Below the pieces are notes generated by a model. That model had not been told where the DNA came from, searched no databases, and saw nothing but the letters and a program-made list of their open reading frames with translations. Positions 17,703-26,969 of a stretch of DNA of 64,000 nt are shown here, in pieces (the stretch's first letter is position 1; each line of letters opens with the position of its first letter). The translations under genes were made by a program, and so were the position numbers. Origin of the DNA: Lautropia sp. (GTDB lineage Bacteria > Pseudomonadota > Gammaproteobacteria > Burkholderiales > Burkholderiaceae_E); the NCBI GenBank assembly GCA_030532895.1, contig JAUNKF010000005.1:24780-88779 (forward strand), given 5' to 3'.

Positions 17703-19921
17703 GCGCTGTCCTGTCGCCCAACCCAATGCCCAAGCGCTCAATGCGGCAATGGCTGATTCCCTTGGGTGTGCTGTTGCTGTTGGCGGCATTGTGGGCTGGG
17801 ATGTTTGCCCACTTGAAGCGGGAGGAGACGGCCCTGCTGGCAGCTACGCATGACCGTGCCCGTCTGCTGGTGGACGCGCTGGCGCAGCACGTGAGAACCA
17901 GCATTCATGACATCGATGTCATCGCGCGAGCGGTGAAGCGAGAGTTTGAACGTGAACCGGATGCTTTCGATCTGAGGCGGTTGCGGGGATCGGGGCTGCT
18001 ATCGCCACTCAGTGCGGCGCAGGTGTCCGTCGTGAATGCGGGTGGCGAGATCGTGCAAAGCTCCATCCCCTACGCAGGTGGCGTGAAGGTGGGGGACAGG
18101 GCGCATTTTCAGGTGCATGTGAAACCAGACGTGCAGGGCTTGCATATTGGCAAGCCAGTGCTGGGGCGCGTGTCGGGAATCTGGACGATTCAGCTGACCC
18201 GGAGGCTGGAGGACAAGGCCGGTCATTTTGCGGGCATCGTCGTGGTGTCCGAAGACCGGCAGCACCTGATCGATCCTTTCCTGAAGGCCGCAGGACTCCA
18301 TCCTGAAGACACTGCCGTCGTCAGTCTGAAGGATGGCACCGTGTTGTCTGATTCGGTAGGGGGTGCCAATTCACCAGTACAAGAACTGGCGCTGTCGCCG
18401 GGAGGGGGACCGACAGGCGCATCTTCCGATGAATCTCCCCGTGAATCGTCTTCCCATTCTCAGATTGCTCAGGCAAATACGGGCTTGGCGGCGCGTGACC
18501 AGGAAAGAACCCTGCCTGACCAGTTTCCTGCTCATGCCCCGATACCGCTGTCAGCACTGATCACCGCAAAACGGGCGGTTCCCGATTACCCCCTGCTGGT
18601 TGAGGTTCGTCTTGATCGTGCGGCAGCGCTCGCATCCTTTCATCAGACCAGAAGGGTCTATTGGCTGCTGGCAGGGCTGATGTCGCTTGCCTTGCTGGCA
18701 TTTTTCGTGGCGATCGACATCTTGATTCGCCGGCTTTCCAATAGCGAGGCCCGTTTTCGGGTCTTGTCCGAAACCGACAGTCTGACAGGGCTGGCCAATC
18801 GCCATGGCTTGTTGGCAGAACTGGAAGGAAGACTGGCTCAGCAGGGAGCAACGGATCGGCTGGCGTTGATCTACATCGATCTGGGCAATCTGAAGCAGGT
18901 CAATGATGAGTTGGGTCACGAGGCGGGCGATCAGTTGCTGAACCTGCTTGGCCAGCGACTGCGTCGCAGTCTGCCCGAGCAGGTCTGGAGTCGTTTTGGT
19001 GGGGATGAGTTCATCGTCATCGTGCCGCTGGCTGATCCTTCCATGCCTGTCGAGACAAGTCTGGCGGGCGTTCGCTCGCAAGTGCTGGGTGTGTTGCGCT
19101 CACCCGTGAATTTGCGGGGGCATGTCTTTCAGATGAAGGCGGCCGTGGGGGTGGCGGTACACGAGGGGCGTGGCAGTGTGGCAAGCCTGATTCGTGAGGC
19201 CAATGAAGCCATGTATGAAGCCAAGGCCGAGATGCGGCAAACCGGGCAAACCGTCTGGCGGATGTATACCGCCGGGATGAAAGAGGCCAGCGCGTTGCTG
19301 ATCGAGATGGCGCAGCGCCTGCGGGCTGGCGCATTGCCTGCGGTGTCGTGGACGCCGATGTATCAGCTGGGAGGGTGTATGCCTTGGGGGTATCGCGTGC
19401 AACCGCGATGGCCGGGTTTCGAGGCGTGTCAGGGGGATCATGCCTGGCAGGGAGCGCTGTCTGCCAGTACAGCGAGCGGTTTGGCGCCGTTGATGTTGGC
19501 CGCCTGGTTGCAGGCATTGACAGGGGCGTTAGAGGGGTGTGATGTCGATGGAATGATCTGCTTGCCGCTGTCGGCCGCTCAGTGTCAGGATGCGCATTGC
19601 CTGGCGATCATCGAGGGCTGGTGTGCTGACACGGCTTGTCCGGTGAGGCGGGTGTATTTTGAATGCCCTGCGTCGTGGCTGGATTCGGACAGCGCGCAGC
19701 GGGCGCATCACTTGAAGCGATTGCTTGATACGGGCGCTGCCGTGTTGATGGGGGATTTTCAGGGCGGGTTTTCGGCGTTGGCGTGGTTGGAGACGGGGCA
19801 GCTTGCCGGTGTGTCCGTGTCTGGACAGCAGCGGGGTCTGGCCAGGCAGGCGTTGGCGCAGTTGGCAGCGGATGGCTTTTTGATATTGGCGGGAGAGGCG
19901 CATGCGGCAGACGAGGCATGA
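17699..19921 (+). CDS. Sensor diguanylate cyclase: periplasmic Cache-like sensor, GGDEF (intact RFGGDEFIV), degenerate EAL
   Basis: N-terminal TM plus a periplasmic domain (LHIGKPVLGRVSGIWTIQLTRRLED is Cache-like). There is a second TM, then a GGDEF domain with GGDEF and RxxD, then a C-terminal EAL-like domain without a clear EAL motif. Confidence 0.8.
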   Translation: MSAVLSPNPMPKRSMRQWLIPLGVLLLLAALWAGMFAHLKREETALLAATHDRARLLVDALAQHVRTSIHDIDVIARAVKREFEREPDAFDLRRLRGSGLLSPLSAAQVSVVNAGGEIVQSSIPYAGGVKVGDRAHFQVHVKPDVQGLHIGKPVLGRVSGIWTIQLTRRLEDKAGHFAGIVVVSEDRQHLIDPFLKAAGLHPEDTAVVSLKDGTVLSDSVGGANSPVQELALSPGGGPTGASSDESPRESSSHSQIAQANTGLAARDQERTLPDQFPAHAPIPLSALITAKRAVPDYPLLVEVRLDRAAALASFHQTRRVYWLLAGLMSLALLAFFVAIDILIRRLSNSEARFRVLSETDSLTGLANRHGLLAELEGRLAQQGATDRLALIYIDLGNLKQVNDELGHEAGDQLLNLLGQRLRRSLPEQVWSRFGGDEFIVIVPLADPSMPVETSLAGVRSQVLGVLRSPVNLRGHVFQMKAAVGVAVHEGRGSVASLIREANEAMYEAKAEMRQTGQTVWRMYTAGMKEASALLIEMAQRLRAGALPAVSWTPMYQLGGCMPWGYRVQPRWPGFEACQGDHAWQGALSASTASGLAPLMLAAWLQALTGALEGCDVDGMICLPLSAAQCQDAHCLAIIEGWCADTACPVRRVYFECPASWLDSDSAQRAHHLKRLLDTGAAVLMGDFQGGFSALAWLETGQLAGVSVSGQQRGLARQALAQLAADGFLILAGEAHAADEA

Positions 19922-20192
19922 CACCGAAACGCCGGTGGGCAGGGAGCGAGTGAGGCTCGTGCTGATTCAGTCAGCGGACGGCTGGGTGATCGAGCGCACA
20001 CTGATTCAGGCTGATGGCAGCCGCTTCGTGCATTCGGTGCTGATCGATTCGCCGGCCATGTTGTTCGAGTACATGGTGGCTGACCCATATTTCACGCAGC
20101 TTGAGCCGCATTACACCAACATTCAGCAGCTTGTCGTTCAGCAGCCTTGGCTTCCTGAAACAAACCTTGCCGGCGGGTATGGGATGGTGTGA
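19902..20192 (+). CDS. Hypothetical small protein (about 80-96 aa) preceding the LuxR gene
   Basis: The frame has high GC3 and no recognisable family. It overlaps the 3' end of the DGC gene by 20 nt and ends 3 nt before the LuxR start. It may initiate at an internal GTG. Confidence 0.35.
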   Translation: MRQTRHDTETPVGRERVRLVLIQSADGWVIERTLIQADGSRFVHSVLIDSPAMLFEYMVADPYFTQLEPHYTNIQQLVVQQPWLPETNLAGGYGMV

Positions 20193-20968
20193 AGGGAAGC
20201 CTCGTCATGTCTGCACGCAAGCCATCCATGTTGCACGGCGATATCGAGACCTTGTTGGTCGATATCGAGGCGTTGGGTGCGTGTGAGGATGAGGTCGTTT
20301 TGCATCGCGTGTTGCGGCGTGTAATGGCCGGGATGGGTATTCCGCAATTTTTGTACAGCACATTTCCAGCCGATGACGAGGTGGCGGGCAGTCATCACCA
20401 TTTTCTGGTCGGCTGCGCGCCTGCGTGGATGCAGCTCTATCAGCAACGGCACTGGTATCACAATGATCCGTTTCTGGTGCATGCGCGTGCTCAGACTTGT
20501 CCGGCGATGGGTAGCCAGCTGGCGTGCCAGAGTGTGGGGCAGGAGCAAATGCGTGAGATGGCCGTTCAGTACGGCTGGCGCAGTTGCATGGTGGTGCCGG
20601 CGCACACCAGTACGTCTGCCTTCGTGGGGGCCTTGGTGGTGGCCAATGACGATGAGCCTGCTTCGGGCGGCGAGGCCCGCCTGTGGCATTGGCAAGTGCT
20701 GCTTCGGGCCGTGTCGGCCATTTTGCTGGAACAGCGCCTGGCCGCGCATCATCGCGATTGGGTACAGGCGTGGCAGCTCGATGCACGGGATCTGGAGATG
20801 CTGGCCCTGGTCAATGCCGGGCACGCCGCGCACGAGGTGGCTGCCCGGTTGGGGCTGTCGGTCTCGACGGTTTACACCGCTTATGCCCGCTTGAACGAAA
20901 AACTCGGCGTGACCCGCATTCAGGAGGCCGCCCGCTTGGTGCGCCAGCATGGCTTGTTGCCAGCCTGA
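20189..20968 (+). CDS. LuxR family transcriptional regulator with an N-terminal autoinducer-binding-like domain (LuxR solo)
   Basis: The N-terminal domain has the FLYS...GCAPAWMQLYQQRHWYHNDPFLVHA pattern of AHL-binding domains. The C-terminal GerE HTH is LDARDLEMLALVNAGHAAHEVAARLGLSVSTVYTAYARLNEKLGV. No luxI-type synthase is in the window. Confidence 0.8.
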   Translation: MKGSLVMSARKPSMLHGDIETLLVDIEALGACEDEVVLHRVLRRVMAGMGIPQFLYSTFPADDEVAGSHHHFLVGCAPAWMQLYQQRHWYHNDPFLVHARAQTCPAMGSQLACQSVGQEQMREMAVQYGWRSCMVVPAHTSTSAFVGALVVANDDEPASGGEARLWHWQVLLRAVSAILLEQRLAAHHRDWVQAWQLDARDLEMLALVNAGHAAHEVAARLGLSVSTVYTAYARLNEKLGVTRIQEAARLVRQHGLLPA

Positions 20969-21024
20969 CGCCAGATGATCACACGCTGATCTCAGTACAG
21001 CCTCAAGTCGTCTTCAAGCCATCC

Positions 21025-21666
21025 TCAAGGCGACAAGCGCTCCCGAACCCACATCCTGCCATCCAGTCGATATTGGATCCGGTCATGCAGTCGGCTGGGG
21101 CGGCCTTGCCAGAATTCGACGAGGCGGGGGGTGACGACATAGCCGCCCCAGTGTGGGGGGCGGGGGACGTGCAGCGGGTGGCGGGCGCCGACGAGGGCGG
21201 CGCGGGCCATCAGGTCGGCCTTGCTGTCGAGCACCTCGCTCTGGTGGCTGGCCCAGGCGCCCAGGCGGCTGGTGTAGGGGCGGCTCTCGAAATACGCATC
21301 GGATTCGGCCTCGGGCAGCTTGTCGATGTGTCCCTCTACACGCACCTGCCGCTCCAGCTCGGGCCAGAAGAAGGTGAGCGCCACATGCGGGTGGTGGGCA
21401 ATGGCACGGCCCTTGCGGCTCTGGTAGTTGGTGAAGAAGACGAAGCCCTGCTCGTTCACCTCTTTCAGCAGCACGATGCGGGCATTGGGGTGGCCGTTTT
21501 CATCCACGGTGGCCAAGTTCATGGCGGTGGGCTCGTGCACCTGGGCGTGCATGGCGGCATCGAGCCACTGGCGGAACTGGGCCAGCGGTTCTGTGGCGCA
21601 CTCGGTTTCGGACAATGCTTCTTTGCTGTAGTCCTGGCGGATGTCGTGCAGGTCGAGTCGGGTCAT
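21025..21666 (-). CDS. pdxH: Pyridoxamine 5'-phosphate oxidase
   Basis: 213 aa with [24 protein letters not shown] and a C-terminal RLHDRIQY, as in canonical PdxH. Confidence 0.92.
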   Translation of the reverse strand: MTRLDLHDIRQDYSKEALSETECATEPLAQFRQWLDAAMHAQVHEPTAMNLATVDENGHPNARIVLLKEVNEQGFVFFTNYQSRKGRAIAHHPHVALTFFWPELERQVRVEGHIDKLPEAESDAYFESRPYTSRLGAWASHQSEVLDSKADLMARAALVGARHPLHVPRPPHWGGYVVTPRLVEFWQGRPSRLHDRIQYRLDGRMWVRERLSP

Positions 21667-21852
21667 GGCGAGATCCTTGGTAGCTCACGCTATTGTGCCT
21701 CGAAAAAAACACCCCAAGCCATCCTGTGCCGGATGGTCATGGGCTGAATGTGCCAGGAGGCAGGAGAAGCGCCAGGCGCTTGAACGGCAAAAAGCGTGCG
21801 CCGGGTGACCGAATGCTGGCTTGTCGTTCTTTCCCCTCGTGGATGACATGCG

Positions 21853-23349
21853 TTAAGCCGGACTCAAGTCATGGGTGGAGACTTCATGGCGGGGGGTATA
21901 TGGCACCCCAGACATCCCGGGCACCTGTCGGGCAGGCGTGATCACTTCCTGTTCAACCCTGGCCAGGCCGCGACGCACGGCTTCGGTCAGGCGGGTGTTG
22001 CCGGCCAGGTCTCCCCACAGCAGGGGTTCTGCGCAGAGCGCGGCCACCGGGTCATCGGAATCGATCATGGCATGCCCGAGGGCCGGGTTCATGTTCTGAT
22101 CGATGTAGTCATAAGGCAGCTCACCATGATGCCAGCGTTTCAGGAATGCCAGAAAGAGCGCGGGCAGCATGACGACGGCCTCGATCGACTGGCGCCCTGC
22201 CAGCCGTTCACGGATCGTCGGTGCGATGCAATTCGGGATTTTGGAAAAACCATGGGCCGATACACGCTGGTTCGTGTCCTGTAGCGAGACGTTGCCGAGG
22301 CGATTCAGCACTTGATCGCGATAGGCCAGCAGATCCACCGGGTTGTCCGGAAAGCCCAGGCAGGGAATGGCATCCTGCGTGATGTAATCGAAAGCGAGCT
22401 GGCGGATGAGCGGGTCGTGGACGCTTTCATGAATGTAGGTGTGGCCGCGTAGCGTGCCGGCCCAGGCGATGCCGCAATGGGTGGCTTTCAAGAGGCGGGC
22501 CTTGGCTTCCTCATAGGGATTGATCGAATCCACCATGTGGACGCCCACGTCCTCCCAATGTGGGCGGCCTGCGATGAAGCGGTCTTCGATCACCCATTGC
22601 AGATGGCTTTCGGCCGTGATGGGCACTCGGTCGTGATAGCCGGTGGCCAGGTACACGCGTTGCCGCAGGCTGCTGGGCGGGCGAGGCGTGATCCGGTCGA
22701 CGATGGTGTTGGGAAAGCTCGTGTGGGTGTCTAGCCAGGCGAGCACGTCTTCGGCGCCGCACAGGTGCGCGAATTCGCGTAGTCCTTTGCGGGCTCGGTC
22801 GCCATTGTGGCGCAGGCTGTCGCCGCTTTGCAGTGTGATCGGCCCACTGCCTGCCTGCATGCGGGCACGAAGCAGGCCGATCAGTGCACCGTAGAGGGTA
22901 CGGCCGGTCTGGCCTTGCCGTACCCTGTCCAGATCGGCACTGAGTTCGGTCAGGCGCAGATCCAGTCCCCCATTGGCAGACAGGTAATAACCGGCCAGCG
23001 TCACGGTGAAGGAGATGATGCGCGTCAGTGGGTCGGCTGCCAGGCGGGTGGCGGTGGCCAGATCGGCTTCCCACGGAATCACCTGATCGATGCCACTGAT
23101 CCACTCGTAGGTGGTGCGGCCGTTCGGTTGCACGGTTTCCAGGGTATAGCCGCCGTTCTGTACCGCGAGTGCGTCGAGCAGGGGGTTGGCATCGGGGCGG
23201 ATGTTGGTGGAGGCCAGTAGCCAGCCACGTTCGCCCTGGCGCTTGAGGCGATGGAGGTAAACGGCTTCATGCGCGCGGTGGAAGGCACCGGCGCCGAGGT
23301 GAAGGATGCGGCCAAAGGGCACGGTAGGGTCGGCGAGCGGAATGTTCAT
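21853..23349 (-). CDS. Mannitol dehydrogenase family oxidoreductase (mannitol 2-dehydrogenase / D-mannonate oxidoreductase-like)
   Basis: Has ILHLGAGAFHRAHEAVY (compare IGVGGFHRAHQA) and the long-chain mannitol DH architecture. Start taken at MNIPLADP; the track ORF starts 39 nt upstream. Confidence 0.8.
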   Translation of the reverse strand: MNIPLADPTVPFGRILHLGAGAFHRAHEAVYLHRLKRQGERGWLLASTNIRPDANPLLDALAVQNGGYTLETVQPNGRTTYEWISGIDQVIPWEADLATATRLAADPLTRIISFTVTLAGYYLSANGGLDLRLTELSADLDRVRQGQTGRTLYGALIGLLRARMQAGSGPITLQSGDSLRHNGDRARKGLREFAHLCGAEDVLAWLDTHTSFPNTIVDRITPRPPSSLRQRVYLATGYHDRVPITAESHLQWVIEDRFIAGRPHWEDVGVHMVDSINPYEEAKARLLKATHCGIAWAGTLRGHTYIHESVHDPLIRQLAFDYITQDAIPCLGFPDNPVDLLAYRDQVLNRLGNVSLQDTNQRVSAHGFSKIPNCIAPTIRERLAGRQSIEAVVMLPALFLAFLKRWHHGELPYDYIDQNMNPALGHAMIDSDDPVAALCAEPLLWGDLAGNTRLTEAVRRGLARVEQEVITPARQVPGMSGVPYTPRHEVSTHDLSPA

Positions 23350-23693
23350 GTCGCTTGTCCTCGATGACTGGAAGAAAAGCCCGGACATGCGAGCGTGGAT
23401 CGCCTGTGCCCTGTGCGATCCATGTCGTGTTTCACAGGGGCGTGTCAGCCGGTGTGAGGTGTCTGAGCCGGTTGGATAACATATGATGACATTTGTTAAA
23501 TTGCTTTAGTCTACCGGTCATGGGGGCGTTTGGGGTCAATGTCCCAGGTCATGGCGGGGGTAGGGGTTTTCCTGCCAGCGTCAGTGTGTGCTGCACGGTG
23601 TCATCGCCGCCAAGGCGACGCTGCACATGGATGACATGAGCCAGGTGTTTGAGTGGTCGATTGGCGGCCGGCATGTCGTGCTGCCTTGCACGC

Positions 23694-24308
23694 TCACGAG
23701 ACCACGGTTCGAATGAATTGCGTGATCCCACGCGAGAGGTTGCGGTACACGTATGCGCGCGAGCTGGCGTAGATTGCATGCTGCCCCACGTCGAGCGTGA
23801 GGGTTTCATCGTCAAACTCGATGGCGAGCCGGCCTTGGGTGACGATCAGCATTTCGTGGTAGCCGGGTGGATCGGCCTCGCCCACATAGTGCTCACCCAC
23901 GCCCAGTTGCCAAGACCATAGCTCGGCCATCTGGCGGGCGGGGGCACTGCCGAGGAGGATGGCTTCGCTGCCCGGCTGCCGGCCGCGCCAGGCCACGGTG
24001 GGCTGGCGTGGCTGGCAGGCATCCGGATCGCTGACCAGATCGACGAAGCGGGTGCCCAGGGCATGGGCCAGACGGTCGAGGCTGGCCAGGCTGATGTTCG
24101 TGTCTCCGCGTTCCAGTTGCACGATCATGCGGCGGCTGAGTCCGGCCGATTCGGCCAGCGCGGCCTGACTGATGCCGGCCTGCTGCCGCAGGCGCCGCAG
24201 GTTGGTGGCGACGTGGGTCAGCACATCATGCGAGTTGACGGGATCCGGCTGGACAGGTTCTGAATTGTGCACTATATTTCTCTTTTCAAAGCGCACTATA
24301 GTGCGCAT
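23694..24308 (-). CDS. XRE family transcriptional regulator with C-terminal cupin domain
   Basis: HTH is LRRLRQQAGISQAALAESAGLSRRMIVQLERGDTNISLASLDRLAHALG. The C-terminal cupin is GYHEMLIVTQGRLAIEF. It is divergent from the DMT transporter. Confidence 0.8.
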   Translation of the reverse strand: MRTIVRFEKRNIVHNSEPVQPDPVNSHDVLTHVATNLRRLRQQAGISQAALAESAGLSRRMIVQLERGDTNISLASLDRLAHALGTRFVDLVSDPDACQPRQPTVAWRGRQPGSEAILLGSAPARQMAELWSWQLGVGEHYVGEADPPGYHEMLIVTQGRLAIEFDDETLTLDVGQHAIYASSRAYVYRNLSRGITQFIRTVVS

Positions 24309-24333
24309 CCCATCTTCTCATATTTTCGACATC

Positions 24334-25209
24334 ATGAACATCAGTCGTCAGGAATGGGCCCTCATCTTGATCACGATGGTGTGGGGCGGCACCTTTCTGG
24401 TGGTGCATACGGCCATGACGGTGAGCGGCCCGCTATTTTTCGTGGGGTTGCGCTTTCTGGTGGCGGCGGCTATTGGTGCGGTGGTGTTTAGGCGTTACAT
24501 GAGGGGTATGACCTGGCGGGATGTTTATGCCGGCACGGTGATCGGCTTGAGCATTCTGGTGGGCTATGGCCTGCAAACGTACGGGCTTCAAACCATCAGC
24601 AGCAGCAAATCGGCTTTCATCACCGCCATGTACGTGCCGCTTGTACCGTTGTTGCAATGGCTGGTGTTCAAGCGGCCGCCGCCATTGATGAGCTGGGTCG
24701 GTACGGGCTTTGCCTTCGTGGGGCTGTTGCTGCTGGCTGGGCCGGAGGGGGGCAGCATCAGTATGAGTGAAGGGGAGCTTGCCACCCTGGCCAGTACGCT
24801 GGCCATTGCCGGCGAGGTGATCTTCATCGGCTACTTTGCCGGCAAGGTGGATGTGCGCCGCGTGACGGTGCTGCAGCTCTTCGTGGCTGGCAGTACGGCC
24901 TGGTTGCTGATGCCGGTGATGGGGGAAGAGGTGCCGGCTTTCTCCTGGATCTGGTTGGTGGCCGCCGTCGGTATGGGATCGGCCAGCATCCTGATCCAGC
25001 TCACGATGAACTGGGCGCAGCAATCGGTTTCGCCCACGCGAGCCACCGTCATCTATGCCGGCGAGCCGGTGTGGGGCGGGGTGGTGGGGCGGCTGGCCGG
25101 CGAGCGTCTGCCGGGGCTGGCGATTCTGGGCGGGGTGCTGATCGTGGTGGGTGTACTGGTGAGCGAGTTGAAGCCGCGCCGTTGGGGGCGAAAAGCCGAT
25201 CAGTCCTGA
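24334..25209 (+). CDS. DMT superfamily transporter (EamA domains)
   Basis: Ten TM helices in two EamA-like repeats. Starts MNISRQEWALILITMVWGGTF; the track ORF extends 54 codons upstream. Confidence 0.85.
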   Translation: MNISRQEWALILITMVWGGTFLVVHTAMTVSGPLFFVGLRFLVAAAIGAVVFRRYMRGMTWRDVYAGTVIGLSILVGYGLQTYGLQTISSSKSAFITAMYVPLVPLLQWLVFKRPPPLMSWVGTGFAFVGLLLLAGPEGGSISMSEGELATLASTLAIAGEVIFIGYFAGKVDVRRVTVLQLFVAGSTAWLLMPVMGEEVPAFSWIWLVAAVGMGSASILIQLTMNWAQQSVSPTRATVIYAGEPVWGGVVGRLAGERLPGLAILGGVLIVVGVLVSELKPRRWGRKADQS

Positions 25210-25862
25210 TAAGACTGATTCACACGCTTCTCCAGGCGGGTCTGCAGCACGCTCAAGAGGCTTGCCACGGCCCAGTAGAGCAGTGCCGCGCTGAGGTACA
25301 TGGCAAAGATCTCGAAGGTGCGTGCCGTGATCAGCTGGGCCTGACGGAACAGTTCGGGTACCTGGATGGTGGCGGCGAGCGAGGTGTCTTTGACCAGCGA
25401 AATGAAACTGTTGCCGAGCGGTGGCAGGGCCGTGCGTGCGGCTTGCGGCATGATGATGCGCATCAGTGTCTGCCGGCGGCTCATGCCGAGGCTGGCGGCT
25501 GCTTCCCATTGGCCGTGGTCGATCGAGGCGATGGCGGCGCGCAGGATTTCGGCCGTGTAGGCCGCCGTGTTGAGCGAAAACCCGATCAACGCGGCTGGCA
25601 GTGGCGACAGCTCCAGGCCGAATTGTGGCAGTCCGTAATAGATGATGAAGAGCTGCACCAGGAGCGGCGTGCCCCGAAAGAACGAGACATAGAAGCGGGT
25701 CAGCCACTGCAGTGGCTTGGGGCCGTAGAGCCTGGCCAGTGCCAGCAAGAAGCCCAGGACCAGGCCGAAGCACATGCCGCCCAGGCTCAGCAGGATGGTG
25801 TAGGTGGCACCGTCGAGCAGGGCGGGCAGTGATTCGATGATCAGGGGCAGCTGTTCAAGCAT
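25200..25862 (-). CDS. Amino acid ABC transporter permease (polar amino acid family)
   Basis: Has the EAA-like loop and the family-typical GMSRRQTLMRIIMPQAARTALPPLGNSFISLVKDTSLA. Confidence 0.9.
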   Translation of the reverse strand: MLEQLPLIIESLPALLDGATYTILLSLGGMCFGLVLGFLLALARLYGPKPLQWLTRFYVSFFRGTPLLVQLFIIYYGLPQFGLELSPLPAALIGFSLNTAAYTAEILRAAIASIDHGQWEAAASLGMSRRQTLMRIIMPQAARTALPPLGNSFISLVKDTSLAATIQVPELFRQAQLITARTFEIFAMYLSAALLYWAVASLLSVLQTRLEKRVNQSYQD

Positions 25863-25870
25863 CTGTCAAT

Positions 25871-26683
25871 TCACTCGGTGACCGTGATGTCCGTACCGAA
25901 CCACTTGGTGGAAATGGCGGCCAGCGTGCCGTCTTCACGTAGCGTGTCAAGCGCCTTGTTGATGGCGGCGAGCAGCTCGGTGTCTCCCTTGCGGGTCGGA
26001 ATGCCGGAGGTCTGACGCGAGAAGGCCGGGCCGCCGAGTGCGAAACGGTTGTTGCTCTGGGCAACCTGGTAGAGGGCGGCGAGCCGGTCGACCATGATGG
26101 CATCGAGACGACCAACGGCCAGATCCTGGCTTTTCGTGGGGTCATCCTCATAGACGCGCACGTCGGCCTCGGGGATGTTCTTGCGCAGCCACTCTTCGTA
26201 GTTGGTGCCCAGGCCCACGCCCACCTTCTTACCTTTCAGCGTGTCGGGGGTCTGGAACTGGTCGGCGTTGTCCTTGCGCACCACGGCCTGCATGCCCGAC
26301 AGCGTGTAGGGCTGGCTGAAGTTGTACTTGGCCTGGCGTGCTTCGGTGATCGTTACCTGATTGATGATCACGTCCAGCCGGCCGGACTCCAGCGCGGCCA
26401 GGAGGCCGTCCCACTTGGTGGGCTGGAAGTGGGCTTTCACGCCCAGCTGTTTGGCCAGGGCCTCGCCCAGATCCACTTCGAAGCCGACGAGCTTGCCGGC
26501 CTTGTCCTGAAAGTTGAAGGGGGGGTACGTGCCTTCGATGCCGATGCGCAGCGCACCGCGTTCCTTCACTTTCTGGAGCGCGTCGTCGGCGGCGACGGCA
26601 GGGGAGGCGGAAAGCAGCGAGCTGCCCAGGAGGAGGGCGAGGGTGCTGCCGATGAGATGGCGGCGAAAGGCACGGAAGTTCAT
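25871..26683 (-). CDS. Amino acid ABC transporter substrate-binding protein (cystine/polar amino acid type)
   Basis: Signal peptide and the type 2 periplasmic-binding-protein pattern LRIGIEGTYPPFNF...GFEVDLGEALAKQLGVKA...KWDGLLAALESGRLDVII. Confidence 0.9.
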   Translation of the reverse strand: MNFRAFRRHLIGSTLALLLGSSLLSASPAVAADDALQKVKERGALRIGIEGTYPPFNFQDKAGKLVGFEVDLGEALAKQLGVKAHFQPTKWDGLLAALESGRLDVIINQVTITEARQAKYNFSQPYTLSGMQAVVRKDNADQFQTPDTLKGKKVGVGLGTNYEEWLRKNIPEADVRVYEDDPTKSQDLAVGRLDAIMVDRLAALYQVAQSNNRFALGGPAFSRQTSGIPTRKGDTELLAAINKALDTLREDGTLAAISTKWFGTDITVTE

Positions 26684-26824
26684 GGTGGATGGATCCTTTT
26701 GACCGGGCGTCGCAATGCTGAGAAGGGTGAATTTTATCGGAGTGCTGCCGCCTCGTTGGGGGGCTGTACCACTGCGGGGCAGGGGGAATCGATGGGTTTC
26801 AGGGTAAACCCTGGCGTGTGTGAT

Positions 26825-26865
26825 GCGCTTGTTCGTCCCCCGCGAAAGCGCCTCTGGGCGCGCAG
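26825..26865. repeat. Dispersed intergenic repeat, copy A (core CTTGTTCGTCCCCCGCGAAAGCGCCTCTGGGCGCGCAG)
   Basis: Near-identical to copy C at 42170..42222 and related to copies B, D and E. It contains the GCGCC-TCTG-GGCGC hairpin and is followed by the CGCGCAG/CTGCGCG inverted repeat. It lies about 105 nt downstream of the selD stop. Confidence 0.55.
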
Positions 26866-26969
26866 AACAGGTCTGCGCGGATATGGCATCCTTGGAATGG
26901 GTGCATGCCTGCGTGGGCCTTTGCCGTCAATGCCACCACGACTGGCGAAGCATGAATGTAAGCGCCTGC

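Noticed and set aside
20138-20950. 270-aa and 193-aa minus ORFs antisense to the LuxR gene; 354-aa plus ORF 20683..21747 spanning the LuxR 3' end and antisense to pdxH
   Set aside because: They overlap two well-supported genes (LuxR, PdxH). Low-complexity Gly/Arg/Ala translations.
23389-23693. CCGGT...ACCGG inverted ends around an AT-rich stretch upstream of the mannitol-DH-family gene as a possible operator
   Set aside because: It is a single weak 5-bp inverted repeat 40 nt apart with no known cognate regulator. I treat it only as a generic AT-rich promoter region.
24433-25773. 446-aa minus ORF and 253-aa plus ORF overlapping the DMT transporter and ABC permease
   Set aside because: GC-rich frame artefacts antisense to genes with clear transporter topology.
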